Of a stretch of 64,000 bases of DNA, positions 9,294 to 19,118 are shown piece by piece. Both the position numbers and the translations under genes were made by a program. The notes beneath the pieces were generated by a model. It was not told where the DNA came from and did not search any database. It saw only the letters and a list, made by a program, of their open reading frames with translations. The DNA is from a virus (Duplodnaviria > Caudoviricetes). How positions within the stretch are numbered: position 1 is the first letter of the stretch; the number at the start of each line of letters is the position of its first letter. Location: positions 96,001-160,000 of the IMG/VR virus record IMGVR_UViG_3300035502_001274, one strand, 5' to 3'.

Positions 9294-10262
9294 ATGGCAG
9301 ACATCGTAAACGGAAAGAAGATCGATCGTAAGAAAGATCTCTACAACCACGTGGCGTTCAGCGACCTGTACGCCTACAATGACCCCATCTCTAGCATCTT
9401 AGACCTTTCCAAGACCATCATTAGTAGATACATTGAGAAAGGAATCAACGCACTCAACGTGAAAGGGCCGGCCGTCTTTACCCGTGATAAGCTGGTGAAG
9501 ATCCCCGTAGATCAACTCCGCGATGAAGAGGCCGACCCTGAGAATCCGATGGAGATCTATTTCTCCGTCATGCAGATCATCGAACCCTATGATATTGGGA
9601 TGAGCGATGAAACCCGTTCCAAGATCTTTGAGCGGCTAATGAAGTTCATTACCATCGGCCTGTATCCTCTGGTGTCCGCGCCCATGAGTGAGGACAGCAT
9701 CTACGACACCTTCGAGAAATATGACGGCCTGACTCCCGAACGGGAGATCATCGGCACCATCGTGGATGCCAACATGATTGGCAAATCCATCTATGCAACC
9801 ATTATGTGGAGCATCGACTACGCCAACGATCTCAATGAGGAGACGCTCTATAATAAGGCCGGCGAACTGCGCCTGCGTGACATGACTGCGACGCCTGTGG
9901 TCTGGAAAGAGCGGGATAGCGCTGAAGTTACCAACTTTGGAATTCCCATCTACGAGTTCAGTCCCATGCGGATGACTTTGGCTGTTATCAATCACACCGA
10001 AGGCTTCAGCGATTACATCAATGAGGCCGTAGTGACCGGCAATCTGCGTCTGGACTTTGTGGACCACATGCTGCAACAGTGCAACCAGACTATGTCTGAG
10101 ATCACTAAGCGCATGATTGAACAGCCTGACCCTGAGCCAGCCGAAGTTCCCGACGTTCCGGTCATTGATGCAAGGGTGACCAACGAGTTTGGACATCGGA
10201 TGCGTCTTTATGATGACCCGGACGACTTCACTGGCGTCTATGATGACGAACCTATTATCTGA
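9294..10262 (+). CDS. hypothetical protein
   Basis: 322-aa ORF, gaaagga RBS. Confidence 0.75.
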   Translation: MADIVNGKKIDRKKDLYNHVAFSDLYAYNDPISSILDLSKTIISRYIEKGINALNVKGPAVFTRDKLVKIPVDQLRDEEADPENPMEIYFSVMQIIEPYDIGMSDETRSKIFERLMKFITIGLYPLVSAPMSEDSIYDTFEKYDGLTPEREIIGTIVDANMIGKSIYATIMWSIDYANDLNEETLYNKAGELRLRDMTATPVVWKERDSAEVTNFGIPIYEFSPMRMTLAVINHTEGFSDYINEAVVTGNLRLDFVDHMLQQCNQTMSEITKRMIEQPDPEPAEVPDVPVIDARVTNEFGHRMRLYDDPDDFTGVYDDEPII

Positions 10263-10333
10263 GCAACCAATGAAAGGACTCAACCTACCTTGGGTTGAGT
10301 CCTTTCCTAGTAAATTCACCTGGAGGAAATCCT

Positions 10334-10522
10334 ATGGATATAGATACCATTTACACATTCATACTCGTTTTTGTGGGCATGATAATCTTTGCAGGGTGCT
10401 TCATTGAAGAGTTCAAGCAAGGCCGTGATGTTGCAGCTATCTGCTATGCCATCGTCTCTATTGCACTGGCAGTTATGGCCATTGGCGTTACAGTTTTCGC
10501 GATTTGGAATGGAGCTATCTGA
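10334..10522 (+). CDS. small membrane protein
   Basis: ggagg RBS, two hydrophobic segments. Confidence 0.6.
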   Translation: MDIDTIYTFILVFVGMIIFAGCFIEEFKQGRDVAAICYAIVSIALAVMAIGVTVFAIWNGAI

Positions 10523-10523
10523 G

Positions 10524-10724
10524 ATGTACATAGAAGTGATCATAGGCTTTATCGTGATAGTGGTCCTATCCTTTATAGTGGGAGTGATTGCCTATCTCTA
10601 TAATAGGGTCAGATTCCATCGGGACTTTTATAACTCGCTCTTCTGGGGTGTTATCCTGGGAGTGGGACTTTTCACGCTCATTATGCTGGCCATGCTGATC
10701 TTAGCTTACTTTAAACCCGTCTAG
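10524..10724 (+). CDS. small membrane protein
   Basis: ggag RBS, two hydrophobic segments. Confidence 0.6.
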   Translation: MYIEVIIGFIVIVVLSFIVGVIAYLYNRVRFHRDFYNSLFWGVILGVGLFTLIMLAMLILAYFKPV

Positions 10725-10759
10725 TCGTGGATTTCATCCGCATATCATTTTAGTGTAAT

Positions 10760-11020
10760 AGATGAACCTAATAAGACGGGGATGAATCCTAGCGGGAGTT
10801 AGGGGCCGGTGATATCAGTAGTCATTACAAAGAAACTGCTGTCCTTCGCAGAATCTTGATCGGGTAAACGGATGTTGCCTCACTATGCAGAGTGAGCTGA
10901 GCAAGGTGAAATGATATATCCTGCTCCTTCCGCAATCTACCCACGAATTTCCATCCTGATCAAGATGACGCCGAGGCCGCCTTGGGCTTAACCCTTGGAC
11001 TTCAGCAGTTTCTTTTTTTT
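10760..11020 (+). ncRNA. candidate long-hairpin ncRNA
   Basis: Early motif at 10742. 13-bp closing stem 10829-10841/11003-11015 followed by a U-run, and inner stem 10853-10864/10954-10966. Confidence 0.5.
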
Positions 11021-11108
11021 TTGGCCTTATGAAGCTCTCAACCAGAATTTAAAGATTCCGTGGATTGACTTATTCAAATCCTTTGCAGAAAGGAGAATCT
11101 CACAAGAA

Positions 11109-11618
11109 ATGGACGAGAAGAAACTGAGTTTGGAAGACGTTAAGAGAGCACTGGAAGATCCTTCCGTCAAAGGAAGTTCTGCTAGCAATCTCATTCAGAA
11201 TATCTCTAATATCTTGGGTATTCAAGATCTGGAAGCTGTCGACCAGAGTGAAACCGACAGAGTTCGCCACATCTATTTCCAGGCCATTCGCCTGGAAGCA
11301 GATGACTGGACAGACATGCCGGGTACTGGTCCTCAGAAGGGCATTACGACGTACGTCCAGTTGGCTCCCTTCAAGTTGAAGTGGATCCCCGATGGCACAT
11401 CATTGGTAGCAGACGTGTTGATCGATAAGACGGACTTTGAAGCAGAATGCTTCGATAAATACATTCAGGGCATGGCCGTGAGAGGCAAGAATATCATCTT
11501 CTATGCGACTGCTGCCATTCCGGTGGATATCGTGATTGGGCTGAAATGCGTGGATGCAAATGGCAATGCTGTATTTGTGCCCGATGAATGCTACCGCAAG
11601 AAAAATACGAAAGGGTGA
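11109..11618 (+). CDS. putative tail-fibre-associated protein
   Basis: C-terminal domain (L.A..W....Y.Q...D...I.FYA...P.DI.I.L) resembles the C-terminal domain of the fibre at 32359-33534. Confidence 0.5.
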   Translation: MDEKKLSLEDVKRALEDPSVKGSSASNLIQNISNILGIQDLEAVDQSETDRVRHIYFQAIRLEADDWTDMPGTGPQKGITTYVQLAPFKLKWIPDGTSLVADVLIDKTDFEAECFDKYIQGMAVRGKNIIFYATAAIPVDIVIGLKCVDANGNAVFVPDECYRKKNTKG

Positions 11619-11667
11619 TTGCGCAGGCAATCACCCATTTTAACACCACCTTAACGTGTAAATCTCA

Positions 11668-13020
11668 ATGGAAAGCGGTGAATTCTTCACTATGGAAAGT
11701 ATTTATACATTGGGAACCAGCAGTGCATCTCATACCTACGGCAACGTAGCGTCTTGGATCAAAGAATACCTGCTGGACTATTTTCCGCAGAACTTTTTCA
11801 CCTATACTTACATCGATTCTAAGGTGGCATGGAAGAATATTGCGGAGGTTCTGGGCAATGGCGAAGATGAGATCAAGAAACGGCATTATCCCTTCATGAT
11901 CATTACGCCCCGCTTCAATCAAAATCCCTCCGATAACTTTATGGCCAATACGCCTCTGACCATCAACATGGACAACACGGTATCGGGCTTGAGACGGAAT
12001 ACGCTCTTTCCGCTCATTGAAGACCGGAAACGGCAGATCGAATTGGCCTATAAGCTCAACGTAGACCGCATCGAGTTTGAAGTGGAGCTGAGACTGCTCA
12101 GTTTGGCACAGCAGCTGGATGTCTATAAGAATCTCCAGAATCAGATCATCTGGGATAGACCGTACTTGATCAACGTTGCCCTGGAATCCATGATTCCCAA
12201 AGCTATGATTGAGTATATTGGCAAGATTGCAGGCATCGATATCACACAATCGACGCCTGAGAGCAATCAAGTGCCCCTGATCATGCACTATCTCAACGGC
12301 CATTCTCGGCTGCCTGTCACCTACAAGGTGAGAAACTCGACCTCGGTTGATGAGTTCTTCATGTATTACCGAACCAGAATGCTCTTGGATTTCTCTGAGC
12401 TGAATCTGGGCGATGGCATGAAGAAGAACTCCATCAGTGAATACTATACTCTGACCTTCAGAGTTACCACAGAATTCAAACTGCCTGGACTTTATGCGCT
12501 CATTGGTGACCATTATCGGAAATACAATGGGCTGAAGTTCGATTCGGTGGTTTCCACACCCAGCATCGGTGGCTTGGACATGATCCCACTCTATACTTAC
12601 ACCAATCTATATGATAGAGATGACATGAATTCCGCCGATGGCTTCCAATTCTATACTTCAACCATCGTCCAGACTGACAAGGACAAGGCTGGGCAAGATG
12701 AGATTATCAAGTTGAATGAGATTGTGCCCACTGACCATATGGCGGTGCTGAATAAGCTCATTCATGACAATGTAACTCCTGAGACCATCTTCCGCTTCCG
12801 ATTGATCAAGAACTCCCATGAGCTGTTGGTCAACTGCGGAAATGAAGAATACGTCACTCCCTGTGAATGGGAGATTGATTGGCATAGAAAACGCATCGTC
12901 ATTCACAATACAGATCCAACGGCAACTTATCGGATTCTGACATATGCCAACTTGGTTCAGATCAACCAGAAGTATGGCGAGATGCAGGATCATATCAAGA
13001 GAGACGTTGGCAAAATCTAA
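11668..13020 (+). CDS. putative virion structural protein
   Basis: 450-aa ORF directly behind the late motif at 11642. Confidence 0.55.
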   Translation: MESGEFFTMESIYTLGTSSASHTYGNVASWIKEYLLDYFPQNFFTYTYIDSKVAWKNIAEVLGNGEDEIKKRHYPFMIITPRFNQNPSDNFMANTPLTINMDNTVSGLRRNTLFPLIEDRKRQIELAYKLNVDRIEFEVELRLLSLAQQLDVYKNLQNQIIWDRPYLINVALESMIPKAMIEYIGKIAGIDITQSTPESNQVPLIMHYLNGHSRLPVTYKVRNSTSVDEFFMYYRTRMLLDFSELNLGDGMKKNSISEYYTLTFRVTTEFKLPGLYALIGDHYRKYNGLKFDSVVSTPSIGGLDMIPLYTYTNLYDRDDMNSADGFQFYTSTIVQTDKDKAGQDEIIKLNEIVPTDHMAVLNKLIHDNVTPETIFRFRLIKNSHELLVNCGNEEYVTPCEWEIDWHRKRIVIHNTDPTATYRILTYANLVQINQKYGEMQDHIKRDVGKI

Positions 13021-13117
13021 AATAAGCCCCCATTTCATGGACTGAAATAGTTCGTGAAATGGGGCTTTTAGGCGTATATTATTTACTTGACAATGCCAAA
13101 GAAAGGAGTATTAAAAT

Positions 13118-13870
13118 ATGGCAGTAAAAGATCTATATGTACCCTATGAGGACTTCAAAGAGTTAGTCCATCAAACAGAAAGCGGCCTGATGCGTGAGAT
13201 GATCAGACGCTTCACCACGCAGTTGGAGCAGAGATGTCGCATTGGCGACGATGACCTGCATCGCCTCGATGACATCACCAGCTGTTATCTCATGTACTAT
13301 CCCTTCACATCTCCCTTTGACCCGGAAAGATGCTGGTCTACCAGTTCTCGCTATGTGAAAGAGCGCGAGTGGTTGGAGGACCACAAAGGCGCACTTGACA
13401 CCTACACCGAGCTGCCCATCTTTGTAGAAGGCAATCGATTTGCCAATTACTACGAGAGAAGGCTCAAGTACTTCATCTCCAGCGCTATGAATCAGGAAGA
13501 GCTGGCGGCCGTTGAGGATTATCCAGTACTGCTGAATCAGGGCAGAAACTGCGCACTTGTCCTCAAGAATACCGAGCATCTCATTGAGGATCTGCAAGTC
13601 TCCAAGTATGGATATCTCTACTTCAGAGACCGTCATGAAAGCGTTATCCAGACAATCAACGGCTCTTATCTGCGGCCCAATAGCGCCGAAGATCTGTCCG
13701 ATTGTCCTGTATATTTCCTGAGCTGGATGCAGCTAGCCGAACCTAAGATCCCCAATCCCGACCGCTATATGACGGCAGTTCACTTCAAGGGCGAGATTGA
13801 GCAGCGCCTGGAAGACCAGCTCAGAATGGGATGTACGACGCTCTATCCTTATCAGTGGCTGGAGTATTAA
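13118..13870 (+). CDS. hypothetical early protein
   Basis: aaaggag RBS, ATATTATT motif at 13076. Confidence 0.7.
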   Translation: MAVKDLYVPYEDFKELVHQTESGLMREMIRRFTTQLEQRCRIGDDDLHRLDDITSCYLMYYPFTSPFDPERCWSTSSRYVKEREWLEDHKGALDTYTELPIFVEGNRFANYYERRLKYFISSAMNQEELAAVEDYPVLLNQGRNCALVLKNTEHLIEDLQVSKYGYLYFRDRHESVIQTINGSYLRPNSAEDLSDCPVYFLSWMQLAEPKIPNPDRYMTAVHFKGEIEQRLEDQLRMGCTTLYPYQWLEY

Positions 13871-13913
13871 GCAAATATCATTTCAGTAGAAAATCCTGAA
13901 AGGAGTTCATTCA

Positions 13914-15908
13914 ATGAAAAGACACGAAAGCATGCTGGAGTTCCAGAAGAGACTGATTCGCGTAGCGCTCCGGTCTCCCAGAAAGGAGGCAATGAACCTG
14001 CTCGGAATCGTCTGGAGCAATCTGGAGGAATTCATCAGAGTACGGATTCCACTGGACGACCACAAAGAAGATCTGATTCCCAAGTTCTTCGAAACGCTTG
14101 AGCTGTTTGATTCCGCCATTCAGCGCAAGTTTCCCAATCTCTACATGAGCAACGACCTTGACAAGGCGGACGATGCTCGAGAGATCATCTATGGATGCGC
14201 TCCCGATGCGAGTCCAGCGGAGCGTCATGAAGCCGCCAAAGCCGTCAGGGACGAGCTTTGCAATGCTGATAATCCGATCGGCCTCTTTAGAAATGGGATG
14301 TTCTATCACGTCAACTTTGTAGATAGACTCCTGTCAGAAGACGGCGAAGGGCTCTGCGTGGGCTGGTATCTGATCGAGGGAGACTCTGCCAAAATTGGGC
14401 CTCCTGAGAACACAGAGGACGAGCTGGAGTCCTTCATGCAAATCAGCAACTGGACCAGATCCAGAATGAGCGCGTTCCCCGATGTCAAGTTCTCGTTCGT
14501 GCCGACGGAATTTGATGACTGCCCGCAATTCGAGTATGAGAAAGGCGACCCTGATATCATGCCGTCCGGCATTCTGCGCTATACCATCAGCTACAGGAAT
14601 CCGCTCTTCCTGTGCTTTGATCAGGTTGCAAAGAAGATCCTGACAAGCGGAGAGCAGATCATTGACGATGGTATGGACTATGAGGCCGATCCGAGTGATC
14701 TCGAGAGTCTCCGGAGCTGCATCGTCGACTGCAAACGGGGCGTGAATACCAAGTTCGAGATGATCAGAACCGGATTCCGTGATGAAAACCTGTTCATCAA
14801 GCACCTGTATGCGAAGCTGTTTGGCATCGATTATGAGTCCAATAAGCTTACGGAAACCCACGAAGTTGTCAAACTTGCTCAGAAGATCCACCGGGGCAAG
14901 AAGAGCAGCGTTCTGAATGAGGCCTGGATGACCATTTACAGAACTGGCGAAGACTTCACTGATGCCAATTATGCGTTCATCATGTTGATTGCGGCGTTGC
15001 TGGGCCCCGATGCGCATTTCCTCATCGAGTGCAGAGCCAGAGGCGATGAGAAGAATAATCTGCTGCTGATGGACGCGCTGAAGTACTTCGATGCTGATGT
15101 GCATCTGATGGCCAACGGTTATGGCGGCTATAAAGTCCATGCGAAGATCTGGACGTTTGCCATGACCAAAAATCATACGGGTAAGGATGCTGAGCGTAAA
15201 GACCGCGTTTATCTGACGGCGTATTCGACCGGCAACTACGTGGAAAGTGCGCAGCATGGATTCTCCGACACGATTCTGATCGAGGAGTTTACCGCAAGAT
15301 ATCCCGCAGACCAGCCCGATTCTATGAAGTTCTGGAACGAGGTAGGCTTCCCCAAGAAGACGGTTATCGATCCAAATCCAGATCCGGATAAACCGACGTT
15401 GGACTGGAAGCCTGGTACGATCAGAAAGCGGCTTCTGGAACAGATCAAAGCCTCTACAGCTATGGCCAATCTCATCACGTTGAGCGGCGAGTCTCGTGAT
15501 CGGGATTATCCGTTCATCTTCATCAAGGTCAATCATCTGACCGATAAGAAGATCATCAAAGCACTGAAGGAAGCCGCTAAAGCTGGCGTTCTGGTCAACA
15601 TCATTGTGCGGACGACCTGCACGATCAATACCCAGGCAATACCCAATATTCACGTCAGAAGTGTCATGGGCAAATATCTGGAGCATGACCGGATGTTCCT
15701 GTTTGGCACTGGAAAGGTAGATGAATGCGTGAGAGTCAGACATGCCTACATCAGCACTGCTGATCTGATGCCGCGCAATCTGGATAACCGGATTGAGTTC
15801 ATGAAGCGTGTTGATGGAACGGCTGCAGGTTTCCTGCTTCACGTGTTCCTGACAATGTTTGAGACCAGCAGCATTCCCGAGGCTGGTTTCTTCAATTTCC
15901 CCGTCTAA
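13914..15908 (+). CDS. ppk1: polyphosphate kinase 1 (divergent)
   Basis: PPK1 motifs in the expected order: TIYR, ECRARGDEKNN, KVHAK (phospho-His), STGNY, KVNHLTD..II.AL..A..AGV.V.IIVR, VRSVMGKYLEHDR, STADLMPRNLDNRIE. Confidence 0.88.
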   Translation: MKRHESMLEFQKRLIRVALRSPRKEAMNLLGIVWSNLEEFIRVRIPLDDHKEDLIPKFFETLELFDSAIQRKFPNLYMSNDLDKADDAREIIYGCAPDASPAERHEAAKAVRDELCNADNPIGLFRNGMFYHVNFVDRLLSEDGEGLCVGWYLIEGDSAKIGPPENTEDELESFMQISNWTRSRMSAFPDVKFSFVPTEFDDCPQFEYEKGDPDIMPSGILRYTISYRNPLFLCFDQVAKKILTSGEQIIDDGMDYEADPSDLESLRSCIVDCKRGVNTKFEMIRTGFRDENLFIKHLYAKLFGIDYESNKLTETHEVVKLAQKIHRGKKSSVLNEAWMTIYRTGEDFTDANYAFIMLIAALLGPDAHFLIECRARGDEKNNLLLMDALKYFDADVHLMANGYGGYKVHAKIWTFAMTKNHTGKDAERKDRVYLTAYSTGNYVESAQHGFSDTILIEEFTARYPADQPDSMKFWNEVGFPKKTVIDPNPDPDKPTLDWKPGTIRKRLLEQIKASTAMANLITLSGESRDRDYPFIFIKVNHLTDKKIIKALKEAAKAGVLVNIIVRTTCTINTQAIPNIHVRSVMGKYLEHDRMFLFGTGKVDECVRVRHAYISTADLMPRNLDNRIEFMKRVDGTAAGFLLHVFLTMFETSSIPEAGFFNFPV

Positions 15909-16040
15909 TAAGAAAGAGAAGAGTGACTGCAAAGTCACTCTTCTTTTTTTTGCTATCTTGATGTGTTACCGGAACTTCCGATTAACCGCGTTGTAAAATC
16001 ACACGGTTTACATTTCCATAATCGAAGGAGGAAGATAGCC

Positions 16041-16451
16041 ATGGCACTCGGTCAATATCAAAGAATCGAAGTAGGATTCGATCTGGATGATTTCCATAAG
16101 CCGATATGCTACTCTGGCGTTGACGCTTGGGTGCACCAGATTCTCCAATTAGCATTGATTGAACCTGGTACCATCCCTTCGAATCCCACGATCGGCATCG
16201 GCATGAAGCACTATGACTTCTTGATGATGGACGATCGTCGGAAGTTGGCGTCTGAAATCAATCGCCAGACTCCCATTTTCTTTCCCGACATGCCTTTTGA
16301 AAGCTGCACCGTGGATGTCCCGTCCGATGCTACGGCAGATCAGGACATCATCTATCTGTATATGACCTTCATAGTCAATTCTTCTCTAGAGACTGTGGTG
16401 GTTGCAGTTAAGAAGGGCTACCAATACATTGATTTCGCAATTGCTATGTGA
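16041..16451 (+). CDS. baseplate wedge protein, gp25/GPW-like
   Basis: L..EPGTIPSNPTIGIG motif typical of the gp25 family; appropriate size. Confidence 0.6.
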   Translation: MALGQYQRIEVGFDLDDFHKPICYSGVDAWVHQILQLALIEPGTIPSNPTIGIGMKHYDFLMMDDRRKLASEINRQTPIFFPDMPFESCTVDVPSDATADQDIIYLYMTFIVNSSLETVVVAVKKGYQYIDFAIAM

Positions 16452-16478
16452 GATTGATTCCGAAATGAGGATTGTCTT

Positions 16479-18041
16479 ATGTCTGAAATGATGAATAATG
16501 ACCTGGAGCAGAAAGCTGCTGCCGCGCTGGCACGTGTGAAAACTGCTCAGGTGGAGTCTCCCAACATTGCTCCGCAACCTGACGACACCATTGCCCCGCC
16601 TCCCTCTGAAGAGGAGATGTCGAAGCTTGGTGCCGCAACTTCTACTGAAATCGATAAATCAGTCGCTGCTGATCCCGATGAAGAGACCATCTTTGCGGGT
16701 TCGTCAGCGGTCACTGCTCCCATCACCGAAGATGACGAAAGCGTGATCCTGACCTCTACGGCCAAAGCGCAGTTGGGCGATATGCCCGCTGCTGACCAAG
16801 ACGCGTTCCTCTCTAGTCTAATGCCCGAGATTGCTCAATATAAGAAGCAGCTCATTCTGGAGCAGGGTATGACCCCTGCCGAGGCAAACATCGCCGCTCA
16901 GAATCGGGCCAAGAATAAGGCAGCAGACGCCAAGAAGACCTGGGATGAAGAGCATCCCGAAGGCGTCGTCGTGACCATCGACAAGTCTCAAGAAGATAAA
17001 GTCGAGTTCACCGACGAAGAACGCCAGAAGATGGTCGTTTCCAAAGCGCTCAAACTGGTTGTCATTGAGAGCCAGGAGCTGGAGACGATCAAGGTCAAGC
17101 CCAGCTCTGATACCATCGCCATGACAGAGCTGCGGGACATCTGCGGCTCTCTGAGCCAGTATTCTGTCCCTCTGCTGGAATATGGCGAATATGCCACCTT
17201 CGCTGGTGCTCAGACTGGTGCACTGGCCAACGCCATCACCAATGAAGATGACGACATGCTCGATATTATCGAGAAGAAGGCGTCTCTGCTCTATAAGTAC
17301 TTCGTACGCGGTACTGTGAATTCCCGTACCGTTGTGGAAGGCAGCAAAACTCGGGATATGACCTACGAGGAGTTCTGCAACTGGTACAAGTACGACGACA
17401 TGGATATGGGAGTCTATGCCATCGTGACGGCCTCTGCTATGGAGGTGTCTGAGAGCACCTACAAGTGCCGCAATGAAGAGTGCCAGAAGATGTTTAACGT
17501 CACCTACAATAACAAGTCCCTGCTGGATCTCTCCGGGATTCCTGACGAGTTCAAGCATCGACTGGAAGATGTGGATGCCGCTCGGTCTTCTGCTGATAAG
17601 ATGCGGACGCTCCATGAGCGCTATTCTCATGGCACCCGTGTGAAGTCTCCCGTCTCCAAGAATATCTATGACATCTCTTCCTGCAGTATTGCGGATGCCC
17701 GCAATCGGGTCGAGAAGTGCATGGATCAGCTGGACGGCACCAATCTGATCGACTTGCTGCTGCTCCTGTACATCGAATGCATCTATGTCTATGACCCGGC
17801 CACCGATGACTACGTTCCCAAGAGCGTCCGTGAGCATCCCAGTGAGGCCTTCGATGTGATCTGCCACATTCACCAGGTGGATCTGGAGCTGCTCTACAAG
17901 TTTATCAGTGAGCACAAGTATACACCTTCGTTCAAGATCAAGGTGAAGTGCCCGCATTGCGGCCGCGAATCCGTCGATCCTATGAACGTGGATGATATGA
18001 TTTTTCTCCATGCCCGCGCTTCATTGACGGAGATTCAGTAA
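16479..18041 (+). CDS. baseplate hub / tail assembly chaperone-like protein
   Basis: Follows the gp25-like gene; CRNEEC and C-terminal CPHCG Zn motifs as in T4 gp26-like proteins. Confidence 0.45.
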   Translation: MSEMMNNDLEQKAAAALARVKTAQVESPNIAPQPDDTIAPPPSEEEMSKLGAATSTEIDKSVAADPDEETIFAGSSAVTAPITEDDESVILTSTAKAQLGDMPAADQDAFLSSLMPEIAQYKKQLILEQGMTPAEANIAAQNRAKNKAADAKKTWDEEHPEGVVVTIDKSQEDKVEFTDEERQKMVVSKALKLVVIESQELETIKVKPSSDTIAMTELRDICGSLSQYSVPLLEYGEYATFAGAQTGALANAITNEDDDMLDIIEKKASLLYKYFVRGTVNSRTVVEGSKTRDMTYEEFCNWYKYDDMDMGVYAIVTASAMEVSESTYKCRNEECQKMFNVTYNNKSLLDLSGIPDEFKHRLEDVDAARSSADKMRTLHERYSHGTRVKSPVSKNIYDISSCSIADARNRVEKCMDQLDGTNLIDLLLLLYIECIYVYDPATDDYVPKSVREHPSEAFDVICHIHQVDLELLYKFISEHKYTPSFKIKVKCPHCGRESVDPMNVDDMIFLHARASLTEIQ

Positions 18042-18223
18042 TGAAGCGATTCATGGAGTTCGTAGACGACGTACTCGATGAATTTGACGGGCAATTACGA
18101 TATGACGATATTCTCCATATGACCTACAAGGAGATTGGCTACATGAGAGAGCATCGCAAGAAGCATCATCCCAAAGAAGCCAATCAACTTGCCAAAGCGC
18201 TGATGAATGCACCTTCAGCGTAA
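18041..18223 (+). CDS. small tail-assembly-associated protein
   Basis: TAATG overlap with the upstream gene, ggag RBS, DILHMTYKEI pattern like chaperone C-terminal modules. Confidence 0.5.
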   Translation: MKRFMEFVDDVLDEFDGQLRYDDILHMTYKEIGYMREHRKKHHPKEANQLAKALMNAPSA

Positions 18224-18292
18224 CGCACGATCCATGGCGCTTCTTCCTGGCGGGAGAGTATTCGCATAAATAAGGAAGGAGCTAATCCAATT

Positions 18293-18580
18293 ATGCAATC
18301 AGCAAATACTGCCGCTCATTTTCTGAATTTATGCGATCGGCTTGTGATCGTTTCAGAATTGGTGAGCGATGAAAATCATAACCTGATGGGAGAGGTCTTT
18401 GACTCCCTGATGGATAGAGGCTATCCCTGTCTGGCACAGTTCTGCTCAGACGCTTGGGATATCAAGGACGCTGTTCATCTGTCAGTGGACGTCGGTGAAG
18501 AAGACTGCACTTTTGCCGTTACTCACGCAGATGATACGGCCACCTTGCACACTTACGCCAATCTCGATTTGGCGGTCTGA
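18293..18580 (+). CDS. hypothetical protein
   Basis: aaggag RBS, terminator at 18583-18619. Confidence 0.6.
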   Translation: MQSANTAAHFLNLCDRLVIVSELVSDENHNLMGEVFDSLMDRGYPCLAQFCSDAWDIKDAVHLSVDVGEEDCTFAVTHADDTATLHTYANLDLAV

Positions 18581-18624
18581 AAAAAGAGTCTACTAGGAAA
18601 TTCTCCTAGTAGACTCTTTAAATC

Positions 18625-19032
18625 TCAGGTGATGCTGTAAAGATACCACACGAAGGGCAGAATGATGAGCTGAACCGCATGCAGCGTCTGATCGATAATC
18701 AGATTGATGGCATGCTTATTGGCTTTGGCGTCGTCGATCTTATAATGTGTCAGCGCATAGACCAAAACGCAGCAGAGCATCCAAGCTCCATCGATGAATG
18801 CCGGTATTCCCTTCATATAGATCACGTAGACAAGGTAGGGCAGATTGATGGCAATACTCCACTGGAGAGTATGTGCCAGAAGTGCCGCCTTGTAATCATT
18901 CTCGTACATCTCGTTGTAATTGGGCTGGTTCTTCCACCATTCTTGCTGCTTCATAGAAGCCATGATGCCCTGGTGACCGAAATCGTCACGAATGTGCATG
19001 TATACCGAGAGGATAAATAAGACGAACCACAT
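18625..19032 (-). CDS. DUF3307-like membrane protein
   Basis: HIRDDF.HQ, LLAH, HYKIDDAK and DQTLH motifs; aaaggagg RBS. Confidence 0.7.
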   Translation of the reverse strand: MWFVLFILSVYMHIRDDFGHQGIMASMKQQEWWKNQPNYNEMYENDYKAALLAHTLQWSIAINLPYLVYVIYMKGIPAFIDGAWMLCCVLVYALTHYKIDDAKANKHAINLIIDQTLHAVQLIILPFVWYLYSIT

Positions 19033-19118
19033 AAGAGTTCCTCCTTTCACGTAATTAACGACTTTGCTATTCACATATTATTTAGGTGAGTCAAGTTAAA
19101 TAAAGGAGGTTTACTTTT

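Noticed and set aside
8460-10262. Chimallin next to the nvRNAP beta' gene
   Set aside because: The neighbours are too short, one is a membrane protein, and nothing is recognisably chimallin; cannot be excluded elsewhere in the genome.
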